The notes: generated by a model from the letters alone, not told the origin. A stretch of DNA of 64,000 bases from Polyangiales bacterium (GCA_964202905.1 CAXNJO010000003.1:352001-416000); one strand, 5' to 3'; shown: positions 18,871 to 32,768, numbered from the stretch's first letter. Numbers and translations: made by a program.

Positions 18871-20628
18871 TCAGCGGTTCGCGCGTCGGGTGACCGAGAA
18901 GGTCACGCGACGGTTGGCCGCGTGGTCTTCCTCGGCATCGCCCTGCCGCTCGAGCCGGGTGCGTCCATGCGCCGTGGTCTCGAGCCTCGACGCAGCGACG
19001 CCGAGCTCGATGACCATCTGCCGTACCCGCGTCGCGCGACGGCGGCTGAGGTCCAGGTTGTACTCGGGATCGCCCATGTCCGAGGCGTGCCCCTCGAGCG
19101 TCACGACGAGCCACTCGGGGTGCGCCGTCATGAGGCGCACGATCTCCGCGAGCCCTTCGCGCGACGCGCTGGTCGGCTGCGCGCTGTCGTGCGGGAAGTA
19201 GATGCGCGCGGTGAGACCGCGGAGCGCGGCTTCCTCGGCGGACTCGTCGGGACAGCCGTCCTCCTCCTGCCAGCCGTTGACCGTCTCCGGCTCACGCGGG
19301 CAGCGGTCCTGCGGGTCGAGGATCCCGTCCGCGTCGTCGTCGGGGTCGGGGCAGCCGTCTTCGTCTTGCCAGCCGTCCGCGTCTTCGGGTTCGTTGACGC
19401 ACGCGTCGGTCGCATCGAGGATGCGGTCCCGATCGGTGTCGGCGCCATCGGGGTCCGGGCAGCCATCTTCGTCGGCGACGCCGTCCCGATCCTCGGGCTG
19501 CCGCGGGCAGGTGTCGGCCGCGTCGAGAACGCCGTCGCCGTCGTCGTCCGGGTCAGGGCAGCCGTCGTCGTCCTGCCAGCCGTCCGCGTCCTCGGGCGCT
19601 TCCGGACAGCCGTCCACGGGGTCTCGCAGACCGTCTCCGTCGCGGTCGGCGTCGCGGATCGGCCGCTCCGCGTAGCCCACGGTGAGCACCGCGCGGACAT
19701 CCGGCGCGCCGACGCCGCGCGTCAAGCCCGTGCCCAGCGCAGCGCCGATCTCGAGGCCGGGAATCGCCTGCACGCGCGCCCCCGCGAGCGCCTCGATGGG
19801 CGCACCGACGCGGGCCGCGGGGGTCCCGAGGGCGTCGAACGCCACGCCGCCAAACCCCTCCACGTAGACCGCCAGCAGGTCTGGCACCGCGTCGAAGGTC
19901 GTCCCCAGCGCCCAGGTCAACTCCGGGCCAATCGTGAGGTTCGCGACCTCGGCCGCGCCGCTCGTGCGGAAGCGCCCGCCGATGTTGCCCGTCACGCGCA
20001 GGCGCGTCATCGGGCGGAGCTCGAGCAACACCGTCGGGGCGACGGTCGCGCCGACCTCTCCCGAGTAACGCTGCGCAGCGTTCGCCGCGCCCGCCGTGGG
20101 CAACGTGAGCGTCAGCTGCACGCCGACCGCGAACACCTCGCCGGGCTCACCCCAGAGGCGGCCGCGCGCGCCGAGCCAGACGTCGCCGAGCCCCGCGCCG
20201 GCTCCCGCCGGAAGGCCCTCGATCGCCGTGCCCGATTGCACGAGATCCACGGGCAGGTTGGCGAACACGACCAGCCGATCGAAGAGGCCGAGCGAGAGCC
20301 CGAGGTGCGCCCGCAGGGCGTGTTCGACCAGCGCGCCGGACTCGCTCGACGCGGTGCCCGCGACGGACTCGACGACCAGCGGCGCGAGGGCGTAGTCGAG
20401 GTCGAGCCGGGCGCCCATCTGCAGATGACCGCGGTCGTCGGGGCGCGACACGACGAATCCGTCGTCCACGCTGACCGCCGGCCGGTACTGGTCGAGTTGA
20501 AAGGCGTTGGTGATCGTCCTGGGCGGAGGCTGCGCCTGGGCAACGCCAGCGCCCCCTCCCACGAAGACGAGCCCGAGCGCGAGTACGAGCCGCCCCGCCA
20601 CGCGGAGCACCGCATGCCGGAGCCGCAT
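18871..20628 (-). CDS. OmpA family protein (beta-barrel, TSP3-like Asp-rich repeats, OmpA C-domain)
   Basis: Signal peptide ..AQA, repeated DxDGD..D.CP..PED.DG.QD.DGCPD, EGHAS...NLDLSRRRA...NRRV. Confidence 0.9.
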   Translation of the reverse strand: MRLRHAVLRVAGRLVLALGLVFVGGGAGVAQAQPPPRTITNAFQLDQYRPAVSVDDGFVVSRPDDRGHLQMGARLDLDYALAPLVVESVAGTASSESGALVEHALRAHLGLSLGLFDRLVVFANLPVDLVQSGTAIEGLPAGAGAGLGDVWLGARGRLWGEPGEVFAVGVQLTLTLPTAGAANAAQRYSGEVGATVAPTVLLELRPMTRLRVTGNIGGRFRTSGAAEVANLTIGPELTWALGTTFDAVPDLLAVYVEGFGGVAFDALGTPAARVGAPIEALAGARVQAIPGLEIGAALGTGLTRGVGAPDVRAVLTVGYAERPIRDADRDGDGLRDPVDGCPEAPEDADGWQDDDGCPDPDDDGDGVLDAADTCPRQPEDRDGVADEDGCPDPDGADTDRDRILDATDACVNEPEDADGWQDEDGCPDPDDDADGILDPQDRCPREPETVNGWQEEDGCPDESAEEAALRGLTARIYFPHDSAQPTSASREGLAEIVRLMTAHPEWLVVTLEGHASDMGDPEYNLDLSRRRATRVRQMVIELGVAASRLETTAHGRTRLERQGDAEEDHAANRRVTFSVTRRANR

Positions 20629-23619
20629 CACGCGCCCCTCCGACGGCGCAGGACGAGCGCCAGCAGGCCGAGCGCGAACAGCACCGAAGCGCCCCATGAC
20701 CCGCCCGTCGCCGGGTGCGCGGAACAGCCCGCGCCGCCCGCGACGCCGAACAGGCGCGGACCGGCGTCCGGCTCGCCCGCATCCGGCATACCGGCGTCCG
20801 ACTCGCCCGCATCGGGCGCGCCGGCGTCCGGCTCGCCCGCATCCGGCGTGCCCGCGTCGGGCATGCCCCCGTCGAGTTCCTCGCGACACGTCGCGGAGCA
20901 GCCGTCGCCGGACATCCGTGTTCGCCGTCGTCGCACATCTCGCCGGCCGGGGCGTTCAGCACGCCATCCCCGCACGACACCGCCGTGCAGTCGGCGTCGC
21001 AGGCCGCCGTCTCGGTCAGCGTCGTCGCACACCTCGCCGGCCGCCACGTTCACGGTGCCGTCTCCGCACGACACCGCCGTGCAGTTCCCATCACAGAGGG
21101 GGGTCTCCGTGCCGTCGTCGCAGGCCTCCCCGGCGTCGATGACGCGGTTGCCGCAGCTCTCGAGCGCGCACGTCGCGGAGCAGCCGTCGCCGGGCACCGT
21201 GTTCCCGTCGTCGCAGACCTCGTCCGCGAGAGGGTTCAGCGTCCCGTCGCCGCACATCACGGCCGTGCAGTCCGCGTCGCACACGGGCGAGGCGTCGCCC
21301 GCATCGCAGGCCTCACCCGCCGTGGCGTTGGATGTCCCATCGCCGCAACGCGCGAGGGAGCAGTCTGCGTCGCACATCGCGCTCTCGGCCCCGTCGTCGC
21401 AGGCCTCCCCCGCGTCGACGACCGCGTTGCCACACGCTTCCACGCGGCAACGGGTCGAGCAGCCGTCGCCGTCCGTCGCGTTCCCGTCGTCGCACTGCTC
21501 GGCGGCGAGCGCGTTGAGCGTCCCGTCGCCGCAGACGGCGGTCGAGCAGTCCGCATCGCACATCGCGCTCGCGGCCCCGTCGTCGCAGGCCTCCCCGGCC
21601 GCCGCGTTCCGCGTCGCATCGCCGCACGATGCGACCGTGCAGTCCGCATCACACGCCGCGCTCTCGCCGCCGTCGTCGCAGGCTTCGCCCGCGGCCCCGT
21701 TCAGCGTCCGGTCACCGCAGAGGGCCGCCGTGCAGTCCGCATCGCACATCGCGCTCGCGGCCCCGTCGTCGCAGGACTCCCCGGCCGCCGCGTTCCGCGT
21801 CGCATCGCCGCACGATGCGACCGTGCAGTCCGCATCACACGCCGCGCTCTCGCCGCCGTCGTCGCAGGCTTCGCCCGCGGCCCCGTTCAGCGTCCGGTCA
21901 CCGCAGAGGGCCGCCGTGCAGTCCACGTCGCACGTCGCGCTCGCCCCCGAGGTGTCGCACTCCTCGAGCACGTCGGTGAATCCGTTGCCGCAGACCTCGC
22001 GTCGGCAGGTCGTCGAGCAGCCGTCGCCACCGACGACGTTGCCGTCGTCGCAGGCTTCCCCCGCGGCGCCGTTCAGAGTCCGGTCGCCGCAGAGCGCCGC
22101 GGTGCAGTCCGCGTCGCACGTCGCGCTCGCCCCCGAGGTGTCGCACTCCTCGAGCACGTCGGTGAACCCGTTGCCGCAGACCTCGAGTCGGCAGGTCGTC
22201 GAGCAGCCGTCGCCACCCACGGCGTTGCCGTCGTCGCAGGCTTCCCCCGCGGCGCCGTTCAAAGTCCGGTCGCCACAGAGGGCCGCGGTGCAGTCCGCGT
22301 CGCACGTCGCGCTCGCGGCCCCATCGTCGCAGGCCTCGGCACCGACCCGCAGGCGGTCGCCACAGATCGACGTGCAGACGCTGGGCGAACCCGCGCAGTT
22401 CCAGCCGGGCTTCGACACCGCACGCGGCGTCGCACCCGTCGCCGGACCCCGCGTTTCCGTCGTCACAGGACTCCGTGCCTTCGACCACCCCATCGCCGCA
22501 CACCGAGGGCGTCGTGCAGGAGACGGATTCGGCGACCGAGCCTGGCGAGAGCGCGTACACGAAGGAGAACGAGCTCGACGCGCCCGGGGCCAGCGTCTTG
22601 CGGAACGCGATCGAGATCGCGATGTCGCCCGTCACGACCGACCCGGTCGCACACGTCAGACCGGCGCAATTCCAGACGCCATCGACGTCACGGTTCGAGA
22701 AACCGCCGTGCGTCACCCGCGCGTCGGGATCCGACGAGCCCAACGCGATGTAGGAGTCCGGGGCGCTCGTGGTCGCGCTGACCAACGCGAGCGAGGTGGG
22801 CGTCCCGTCGCCCTGCGCGACGATCGTGTTCGTCGTCCCGTAATTTCTCGTGACCGAGACCATGTTGTCCGGATCGACGTTGCGCATGTAGTAGACGGTC
22901 TGCGTCGAAGACGTCCCGTTGGTCAGGGTGACCTGGACGAGGATGAACACACCCTCGTTGAACACCGAGTAGGTCTGGTCGACCCCGATGCCGGCGGCGC
23001 TGCCCGACCAATACGTCGAGGCTCCCCCGCGCAGACCGCAGATGCGAGGGCGGCAGTCGGTTCGGGCGCCGGTGAAGTCGCCCACGATGCCGCGCTGGCT
23101 CATCAGCCGACTCGTGAAGTAATCAACGCCGCCGACGTTCAGACCAAAGCCCTCTTCGGGCGTGCCGGGCGTGAAGAAATCCCCTTGGAAATTGACCCAG
23201 CCGTCGTCGCTCGGGTTGGCGACGAACCCGAACCGGCTGGGGTTGTCGGGATTCCGGGGATGCCAACCGGCGGGCGGGGGTGTCGGGGTCCCGAAAGACC
23301 CCCAGTCGGTCGCGCCGACCTCGATCAACCTCGAGCGCAGGAACGACGAAGTCCCGACCGGGTCGTAGAGGACCTCGCAAAAGGCATCGCAGCCCGCCAG
23401 GTCCACCGAGCGCCCGCCGCGCGTGCGTGGGCAGATGTCACGGACGTTCGGCACGCCGTCGCCATCACCGTCCTGGGCGAACGCCGTGGCCGGCGCGAGC
23501 ACGGCGAGGACGAGGCCCAGCCGAAGGAGGCCGAGGCCCTGCAGCCTGCGTCGCACAAGGCCCACATCCTTCGAGCGCGATCGCGACGACACGTTCACGA
23601 CTGGGGCAGTCTGAGACAT
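20628..23619 (-). CDS. Large Cys-rich repeat (DUF4215-type) surface protein with MYXO-CTERM; apparent frameshifts near 22411, 21015 and 20920
   Basis: Signal peptide, TSP3-like motif, beta-rich N-domain, many CGDG..E.CDDG repeats, PDAG linker, GGAGC + TM + RRRR tail. Split across ORFs 21898..23619 and 20628..22493. Confidence 0.8.
21547..22320. repeat. 186-bp (62-codon) intragenic tandem units encoding Cys-rich repeats
   Basis: CAGTCC unit starts at 21547, 21733, 21919, 22105, 22291. Units 1 and 2 are near-identical, as are 3 and 4. Confidence 0.85.
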
Positions 23620-23752
23620 CGTGAATCGACTCTCCTGCCGCCCGGGCGGCGCACGAACCTTCCGAACCTGACCCTGGAACCGGACCGCTGCGTGACCGAA
23701 CGTGAGCGGGGGCTCCCGAACGCCGCTGCGACGACCGCGGCGCGCCTCCCCA

Positions 23753-24768
23753 TCAGCCCTCTTCCGCCTTGTGACACGCGACCTCGTGCCCGGGCGCGAC
23801 GGCGCGGAGCGGCGGGGGCTTCACGTCGCAGAGGCCGCGCTCGACGATCGGGCAGCGCGGGTGGAAGCTGCAGCCCGTGGGCGGGTCGAGAGGGCTCGGC
23901 ACATCGCCCTCGAGCAGGATCCGCACGCGCTTCTTCGTCGGGTCGGGGACGGGGATCGCCGAGAGCAGCGCGCGCGTATACGGGTGTTTGGGGACGTCGT
24001 AGATCCGCGCGGAGGGCGCGATCTCGACGACGCGCCCGAGATACATGACCGCGACGCGGTGACTCATGTATTCGACGACCTTCAGGTCGTGGGCGATGAA
24101 CAGATACGAGAGCCCGAGCTCGTCTTGAAGGTCTTTGAGCAGATTGACGATCTGCGCCTGAATCGAGACGTCGAGCGCGCTGATCGGCTCGTCAGCGACG
24201 ATGAAGCGGGGCTGTACGGCGAGCGCGCGCGCGATGCCGATGCGCTGCCGCTGCCCGCCCGAGAACTCGTGCGGATAACGCGTCATCTGATCGGCGCGCA
24301 GGCCGACGCGCACGAGGAGCTGCGCGACCTTGTCCTCTTCGTCCTTGCCCGAAGTGACGAGCCCGTGGATGCGCATCGCCTCGCCCACCGTCTGCCGCAC
24401 GGTCATGCGCGGATTCAGCGAGCTGTACGGATCCTGGAAGATGATCTGCATCGAGCGGCGCAGCGGGCGGAGCGCGCGCTGCGGCACGTGCGTGATGTCC
24501 TGACCATCGAAGCGGATGGTGCCGCTCGTCGGCTCGATGAGCCGCAGCACCACGCGGCCGAGCGTGCTCTTGCCACAGCCCGACTCGCCGACGAGCCCGA
24601 GCGTCTCGCCGGGCGCGATCGAGAGCGACACGCCGTCCACGGCGCGCACGGCCCCCTTCGCGCGGCCGAAGAAGCCGCCGCGCACCGCGAAGTGCCGCGT
24701 GAGCCCTTCGAGCTCGACGAGCGGCGCCCTCGCGTCGGTCGATGGGGCCTCGTTCGTCTCCGCGCCGC

Positions 24769-24772
<4 letters not shown>
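23753..24772 (-). CDS. oppF: Oligopeptide/dipeptide ABC transporter ATPase
   Basis: [43 protein letters not shown]. Confidence 0.9.
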
Positions 24773-25767
<995 letters not shown>

Positions 25768-25852
25768 CGACGCGCGACTCTATCAGCAGGTGGGGCTGGA
25801 CACGCAGCTTCGTGCGGAGGATCGCGGCGATTCCGCGCGTGGACCGGCGCGC

Positions 25853-27223
25853 TCACACACGCGCGACGGCGCGCCGCGTGAGCACGACGAAGCGCGCGAG
25901 CAGCGCGGCCGCGACCCCCGTGAGGCCCGCGCTCAGGCCCCACCAGAGCCCCGGCGCGCCCCAACCCAGCCCGAACGCCAGCACGAGGCTGGTCGGCAGC
26001 CCGATCACGTAGTGCCCGACGAGGTTGGAGAGCAGCGGCCAGCGCACGTCGCCCGCCCCGCGCAAGGCCCCCGACGCGACCGCCTGCACTCCGTCGGAGA
26101 GCTGAAAAAACGCGGCGATCGCGACGAGCGGCACCGCCGCGCGCACGACGCGCGCGTCCACCGCGAACACCCGGGCGAGCGGCTCGCCCGCCGCGACGAA
26201 GAGCAGCGCGCAGAGCAGCATGAACGCGGCGCCTGCGCCGATCGCGACGAGCCCCGCGCGGCGCGTGCCTTCCGCGTCCCCCCGACCGATCGCCTGACCG
26301 ACGCGAACCGACGCCGCCGAGCCGATCCCGAGCGGCACCATGAAGGTCGTGCTCGCGAGCTGCAGCGCGACCTGGTGCGCCGCGAGGCTGGTCCGCCCGA
26401 GCTGGCCCATGACGACCGAGGCGAGCGCGAAAATCCCGACCTCCGCGAGCATCTGCAGGCCGATCGGCGCGCCGAGGGCGAGCACGTGCCACGCGATCGC
26501 GGGCTCGAGCCGCCGCACCGAGCCCGGCCCCGGCGGTGTCGGCATGCGGCGCAGCGCGAGGCCGACCACGAGCAACTGCACGAACGTCGCGACCGAGCTC
26601 GCGAGTCCCGCGCCGAGGAGCCCGAGCGCAGGCACGCCGAGCGGCGGCAGCCCGACGCGCACGAGCGCCGCGTCGCCGAACACGAGCAGCGCGCACAGCG
26701 GCGCGTTCACGAGGTTCGCGGCGAGCACCGCGAACACCATCGCGCGCGTCGCGCCGCGCCCCTGGAGGTAGCTCCGCAGCGCGGCGAACACGAGGAAAGG
26801 CAGGATGCTCGGCAGCCGCCCGAAGAGGAAGGCGCGCGTCGGCGGCAGCGTCTCCGGGTCCTGGCCGGTGAAGCCGAGCAGCGCGGCGCACGCGACCACG
26901 AGCGCGACGAGCGGCAGCGTCAGCCCGCATGCGCTCCACACGCCCTGCCACATCAGCGCGCGCGCGCGGCGCTCCTCCCCGGCGCCGATCGCCTGCGCGA
27001 TGAGCGGATCGAGGCCGAGCATCGCGCCGAGGCCGAGCACCGTGATCGCGAAGAACACGGCGTTTCCGAGGCCGATGGCCGCGAGCGCGGTCTCGCCCGC
27101 GCGCCCGACGAGGATGGTGTCGACGACCGAGAGCAGGATGTTCCCGAGGCTCGCGCCGGCGATCGGCAGCCCGAGCCGCAGCAGCGCGGCGAACTCCGCG
27201 GCGATGGGGCCGCGGACCGTCAC
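25853..27223 (-). CDS. MATE family efflux transporter (NorM-like)
   Basis: VVDTILVG, LGAPIGLQMLAE, AAHQVALQ, FQLSDGVQAV..GALRG; about 12 TM. Confidence 0.92.
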   Translation of the reverse strand: MTVRGPIAAEFAALLRLGLPIAGASLGNILLSVVDTILVGRAGETALAAIGLGNAVFFAITVLGLGAMLGLDPLIAQAIGAGEERRARALMWQGVWSACGLTLPLVALVVACAALLGFTGQDPETLPPTRAFLFGRLPSILPFLVFAALRSYLQGRGATRAMVFAVLAANLVNAPLCALLVFGDAALVRVGLPPLGVPALGLLGAGLASSVATFVQLLVVGLALRRMPTPPGPGSVRRLEPAIAWHVLALGAPIGLQMLAEVGIFALASVVMGQLGRTSLAAHQVALQLASTTFMVPLGIGSAASVRVGQAIGRGDAEGTRRAGLVAIGAGAAFMLLCALLFVAAGEPLARVFAVDARVVRAAVPLVAIAAFFQLSDGVQAVASGALRGAGDVRWPLLSNLVGHYVIGLPTSLVLAFGLGWGAPGLWWGLSAGLTGVAAALLARFVVLTRRAVARV

Positions 27224-27867
27224 TGCACGGACGTGATGCGCGCGGAGATCATGAAGATGCCGAGCGTCCCGCTCGCATCGTCGCGCAACGTGAGCGTGCC
27301 GGCCCGCGTGTCGAGCATGAGCGCTCCGTCGCCGTCGGCGCTCGTCGTCTGGCCGTCGTCGCCGACGACCACGGGCGGCTGCGCGTCGAACGTGCACGGG
27401 AAGAAGCCCGACGCACCACCCCCATACACGAGGGTATCGCCGCAGCGCACCGCCGTGCGGCACCAGCGCTCGGACGAGTCCGTCGCGCGCGGCGGGTTCT
27501 CGACCACGAGCGTGCAGACCTGCCCCGCGCGCACCGCGAGGCTGCTCCCGAACGCGCTCTCGACGGTCGCCTCGATCGCGACGCGCGGGACCGCGCCCGG
27601 GTTGCCGAGGCAGCGCCGCTTGAAGTCCGCGAACGACTCGCCGGGGTTCGGCTGATCGCAGTCGGTCGCCGGGGGACGTTCGCCCGCGGCGGGCTGGCGC
27701 GGGCGCACCTCCAGCCGGGCGCGCTCCGCCTGCTCGCGCGCCTGCTGCTCCTGCCTGTAACGGTGCAGGAGCAGCCCGCCGGCGCCGCTCACGCAGCAGC
27801 CGAACAGCAGGAAGAGCGCGGCCCCGCCGAGGATCCACGGGACGTTCGAGCGCTGGCCGGCCGTCAA
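27220..27867 (-). CDS. Hypothetical membrane-anchored protein
   Basis: TTG start overlapping the speB stop. N-terminal TM with GCC, then a Cys-containing soluble domain; stop overlaps the MATE start. Confidence 0.6.
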   Translation of the reverse strand: MTAGQRSNVPWILGGAALFLLFGCCVSGAGGLLLHRYRQEQQAREQAERARLEVRPRQPAAGERPPATDCDQPNPGESFADFKRRCLGNPGAVPRVAIEATVESAFGSSLAVRAGQVCTLVVENPPRATDSSERWCRTAVRCGDTLVYGGGASGFFPCTFDAQPPVVVGDDGQTTSADGDGALMLDTRAGTLTLRDDASGTLGIFMISARITSVQ

Positions 27868-28829
27868 GGGGCGTTGCCCGCGCGCGTCGCGGCGAGCGAG
27901 GCGAGCAGCTCCGTGAGCAAGGTCGCCGCGAGGAGCGTCGTGCCGCCGCTCGGGTCGTGCTCGGGCGAGATCTCGACGACGTCGAGGCCCACCATGTCGA
28001 TCCCGACGAGGCCGCGCACGAGCGTGAGCGCCTCCCAGCTCGTCATGCCGCCGGGGACCGGCGTGCCCGTGCCCGGCGCGTAGGCCGGATCGATCCCGTC
28101 GAGGTCGAAGGACACGTAGAACTTCCCGCGGCCGCGCAGCCCCGCGAGCTCCGCGAGCACCGCGTCGAGCGAGCGCTTGATCTCGTCGATCATCACGACG
28201 CGGAAGCCGTGTTCCCGAGCAAAATCGAGGTCGTTCGCGGCGGTGAAGGGGCCGCGAATGCCGAGCTGGACGACGTCGCGCGGCCGCAGCAGACCCTCCT
28301 CGACCGCCTTGCGAAAGACGGTGCCGTGGTGGAGGTCGATGTCCCACGCGGGGCCGAAGGTGTCGCTGTGCGCATCGAAGTGCACCAGCCCGAGCGGGCC
28401 GTGCACCCGGGCGAGGGCGCGCAGCGGCGCGAGCGAGATCGTGTGATCGCCGCCGACGAAGACGGGCACCGCGCCCGCGGCCGCGATCTGCGCGGCGCGC
28501 GCCTCGATCGCCGCGAGCGAGCGCTCGACACTCATCGGCACGCACGCGACGTCGCCGCCGTCCGCGCAGCGCAGGTGCGCGAAGAGATCGACGCCCTGCG
28601 CGGGGTGGAAGCCGCGCGTCAGGGCGCTCGCCTGCCGCACGCCGCGCGGGCCGAAGCGCGCGCCCGGGCGGTACGTGGTGCCGCCATCGAAGGGCGCGCC
28701 GCAGATCAGCACGTCCACGTCGTGCGGGTCGTCGCGCAGCGGCAGCCGCAGGAAGGTGGGGACGCCCGCGAAGCGCGGCACCTCGCGCGTGGAGACGGGC
28801 CTCAACTCACTCGTGGACGGCTTCTTCAT
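27864..28829 (-). CDS. speB: Agmatinase/ureohydrolase
   Basis: RPGARFGP, GGDHTI, HFDAHSD, SFDLDGIDP, PGTGTP. Confidence 0.9.
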   Translation of the reverse strand: MKKPSTSELRPVSTREVPRFAGVPTFLRLPLRDDPHDVDVLICGAPFDGGTTYRPGARFGPRGVRQASALTRGFHPAQGVDLFAHLRCADGGDVACVPMSVERSLAAIEARAAQIAAAGAVPVFVGGDHTISLAPLRALARVHGPLGLVHFDAHSDTFGPAWDIDLHHGTVFRKAVEEGLLRPRDVVQLGIRGPFTAANDLDFAREHGFRVVMIDEIKRSLDAVLAELAGLRGRGKFYVSFDLDGIDPAYAPGTGTPVPGGMTSWEALTLVRGLVGIDMVGLDVVEISPEHDPSGGTTLLAATLLTELLASLAATRAGNAP

Positions 28830-29779
28830 GGTCCCCCCGAAGCTCCAGATTCTCCAGATTTTTGTCCTGCGCGCGCGCCCTGCGCCCCACCGTCGGCAGC
28901 GTCTTCCGCGGCGACGTCCGCAGCGCCGGGCGGCACGAAGTCCTCGTCGCAGCGGGCTTCCCGCACGGCGAGGCCGGGCGCCGGGGTCTGCGCGAACGCG
29001 CCTTCGGGGACGCGGACGTTGAGCGCGATCTCTTCGAAGCGCAGGCGCAGGTCCGTGCCGCGCCCCGGGTGCTCGAAGAAGACCTCGTACGGCACCGCGA
29101 CGCCCTGCGCGCCGATCGGCACGACCCGGTAGTCGTCGTACGTCACGCGCCAACGCGTCGCGCCGCGCGGGTCGAAGACTTCGGTGCGCAGCAGGCGCAG
29201 GCGCTGCGCGTCGGGGGCCGCGTCCGCGTCCTCCGCGCGCACGGCGAGGTCGATCTCCTGACGCCCCCCGTCGCGCCCGTGGAGCACGATGCGGTAGCGG
29301 CCGTCGTCGGGGTCGACCGCGATCGACGTGCGCACGCTCGCGATGCGCGGCGTCCCGCCGAGCAGGAGCCGCCCGACCTGCTCGCTCGTGAGCGGCATCG
29401 CGAGCAGGCGCGCGATGTTCGAGGCGCACGCGCGCCCCGTGAGGAAGGTGCGCTCGCGCAGGTCCGAGAGCGCGAAGCGCGTGCCGTCGCTCGTGAGCAC
29501 GGCCGCGGGGCCGAACTGCGTCATCACGTCGAAGCGCACGCGGTCGGGCCGCTCGACGAACATCAGCAGCGTCCCGCGCACGCGGCCGTCGCTGCCGCGC
29601 TGATCCGCGCGCGCTTCGGCGCGCAACGAGCGCACGCGGGCGCGGAGCGCGTCGTGGGTGTCGAGCGCGCGCTCGGCGTCGACGAAGGCCTGGCTCGGAC
29701 GCACGACGCGCGGACACCCCGCGAGGCACGGCAGCGTGAGCGTGAGCGCGAGCGCGAGCAGGCTGATCGGCAGGCGCAT
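28826..29779 (-). CDS. Lipoprotein, DUF4292/LolA-LolB-like
   Basis: Lipobox LAGC, ERPDRVRFDV beta-rich body. TACGCT 9 nt before ATG. Confidence 0.55.
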   Translation of the reverse strand: MRLPISLLALALTLTLPCLAGCPRVVRPSQAFVDAERALDTHDALRARVRSLRAEARADQRGSDGRVRGTLLMFVERPDRVRFDVMTQFGPAAVLTSDGTRFALSDLRERTFLTGRACASNIARLLAMPLTSEQVGRLLLGGTPRIASVRTSIAVDPDDGRYRIVLHGRDGGRQEIDLAVRAEDADAAPDAQRLRLLRTEVFDPRGATRWRVTYDDYRVVPIGAQGVAVPYEVFFEHPGRGTDLRLRFEEIALNVRVPEGAFAQTPAPGLAVREARCDEDFVPPGAADVAAEDAADGGAQGARAGQKSGESGASGGP

Positions 29780-29854
29780 GCGGTCGCGAGCGTAGCCCCG
29801 CGCCCCGGCCGCGCCACCGACACCACGGGGCCACGCGGCCCGCGCGCGCGGGGC

Positions 29855-31747
<1,893 letters not shown>

Positions 31748-31814
31748 GGTCGCGGCCGATTGTGGTGCGACGACCGGCCTTGTCGAGGCGGGGCGCGGCC
31801 GTCGCGCGCGCGGA

Positions 31815-32768
31815 TCAGCGCGGTGCGCCGTCGGCAATCCAGGCGCGGAACGCCTCGATCGTCGCGGGCGGCAGATACGGACCGCCGAGCGGCATGCGGC
31901 TCCCGCAGGCGGCGCCATCCGGCGTGCCGTCGCCCTCGAGCTTCTGGATGAGGAGCGAGCCAGCCGGGTCGCCCGGGACGACGCGCGTGCGGGGCGCGTC
32001 CGTGCACGCCGCGCCCATCGCGCCGACGCCGACGAGGGCCGCGTAGGCGGCGTCCGCATCGTCAGGCGGCAGCGACAACATCCCGGTCGGCGGGGTGCCG
32101 CCGTGGCAGCCGTCGATCGCGCAGGAGCCGCGGATCACGCCCTCGTACAGCGCGTCGAAGCCCGCGTCGCGCACGCCGCAGAGCGTCGGGTCGAGCGCGT
32201 CGCCCGCTGGCGCGCCGGGCAGCGCTGGTGCGTCCGTGGTGCGCTCGGCGACCGGCGCGCCGCAGAGCAGCCACGCGCGCAGGAGCGCCCGCCCCTCGGC
32301 CGTGTCGAGCGTCGGCAACTCGGCGCCATCGTCCGCGAACGTGCCTTGCGGCGCGCTCACGGGATCGAAGCCCGGCAGCCCGCGCGGCGGCATCTCTCCG
32401 GACGCGACGAGTCCGTAGATGTCGGCGCGCTCATCGACGAGGTCCGCGCGGTGCGCGCGCAGCCGCTCGCGCTCGGCGGGCGTGCTCGCGTGCTCGAGGT
32501 CGAAGTCGAGACCCGCCGGCGCGCCGTGGCGGCTGTCGGGATTCGCCGGATCGCTGCCATTGCGTGCGGTGCTCGAGTGGCAGAATGCGCCCGCGCACGT
32601 GCCGTTCACGAGTGCCTGCCCCGCGTACTGCGGCACCTGCTCCGGTGTGCACGCGACGCGCGTCGCCAGCGCACGCGCCGCGTCGTCGCACGTTCCCTCG
32701 AGCGTCGGCTCACATCCAGCCATCGCGATCACGAACGCGCCCACCGCCCCCAGCGTCGTCTTCCGCAT
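31815..32768 (-). CDS. Lipoprotein with two CX4CH motifs, putative di-heme cytochrome c
   Basis: Lipobox MAGC. CAGAFCH and CAIDGCH, each followed by a MP motif (GEMPP, RMPLGG) and W-x-x-x-GA. Confidence 0.6.
   Translation of the reverse strand: MRKTTLGAVGAFVIAMAGCEPTLEGTCDDAARALATRVACTPEQVPQYAGQALVNGTCAGAFCHSSTARNGSDPANPDSRHGAPAGLDFDLEHASTPAERERLRAHRADLVDERADIYGLVASGEMPPRGLPGFDPVSAPQGTFADDGAELPTLDTAEGRALLRAWLLCGAPVAERTTDAPALPGAPAGDALDPTLCGVRDAGFDALYEGVIRGSCAIDGCHGGTPPTGMLSLPPDDADAAYAALVGVGAMGAACTDAPRTRVVPGDPAGSLLIQKLEGDGTPDGAACGSRMPLGGPYLPPATIEAFRAWIADGAPR

Noticed and set aside
21547..22320. Near-identical repeats as a diversity-generating retroelement TR/VR pair
   Set aside because: In-frame tandem coding repeats; no adenine-specific pattern evident and no reverse transcriptase in the window.
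18652..24048. 1798-aa plus-strand ORF and many other long Arg/Ala-rich ORFs
   Set aside because: Antisense or alternative-frame shadows of real genes in high-GC DNA; no recognisable motifs.
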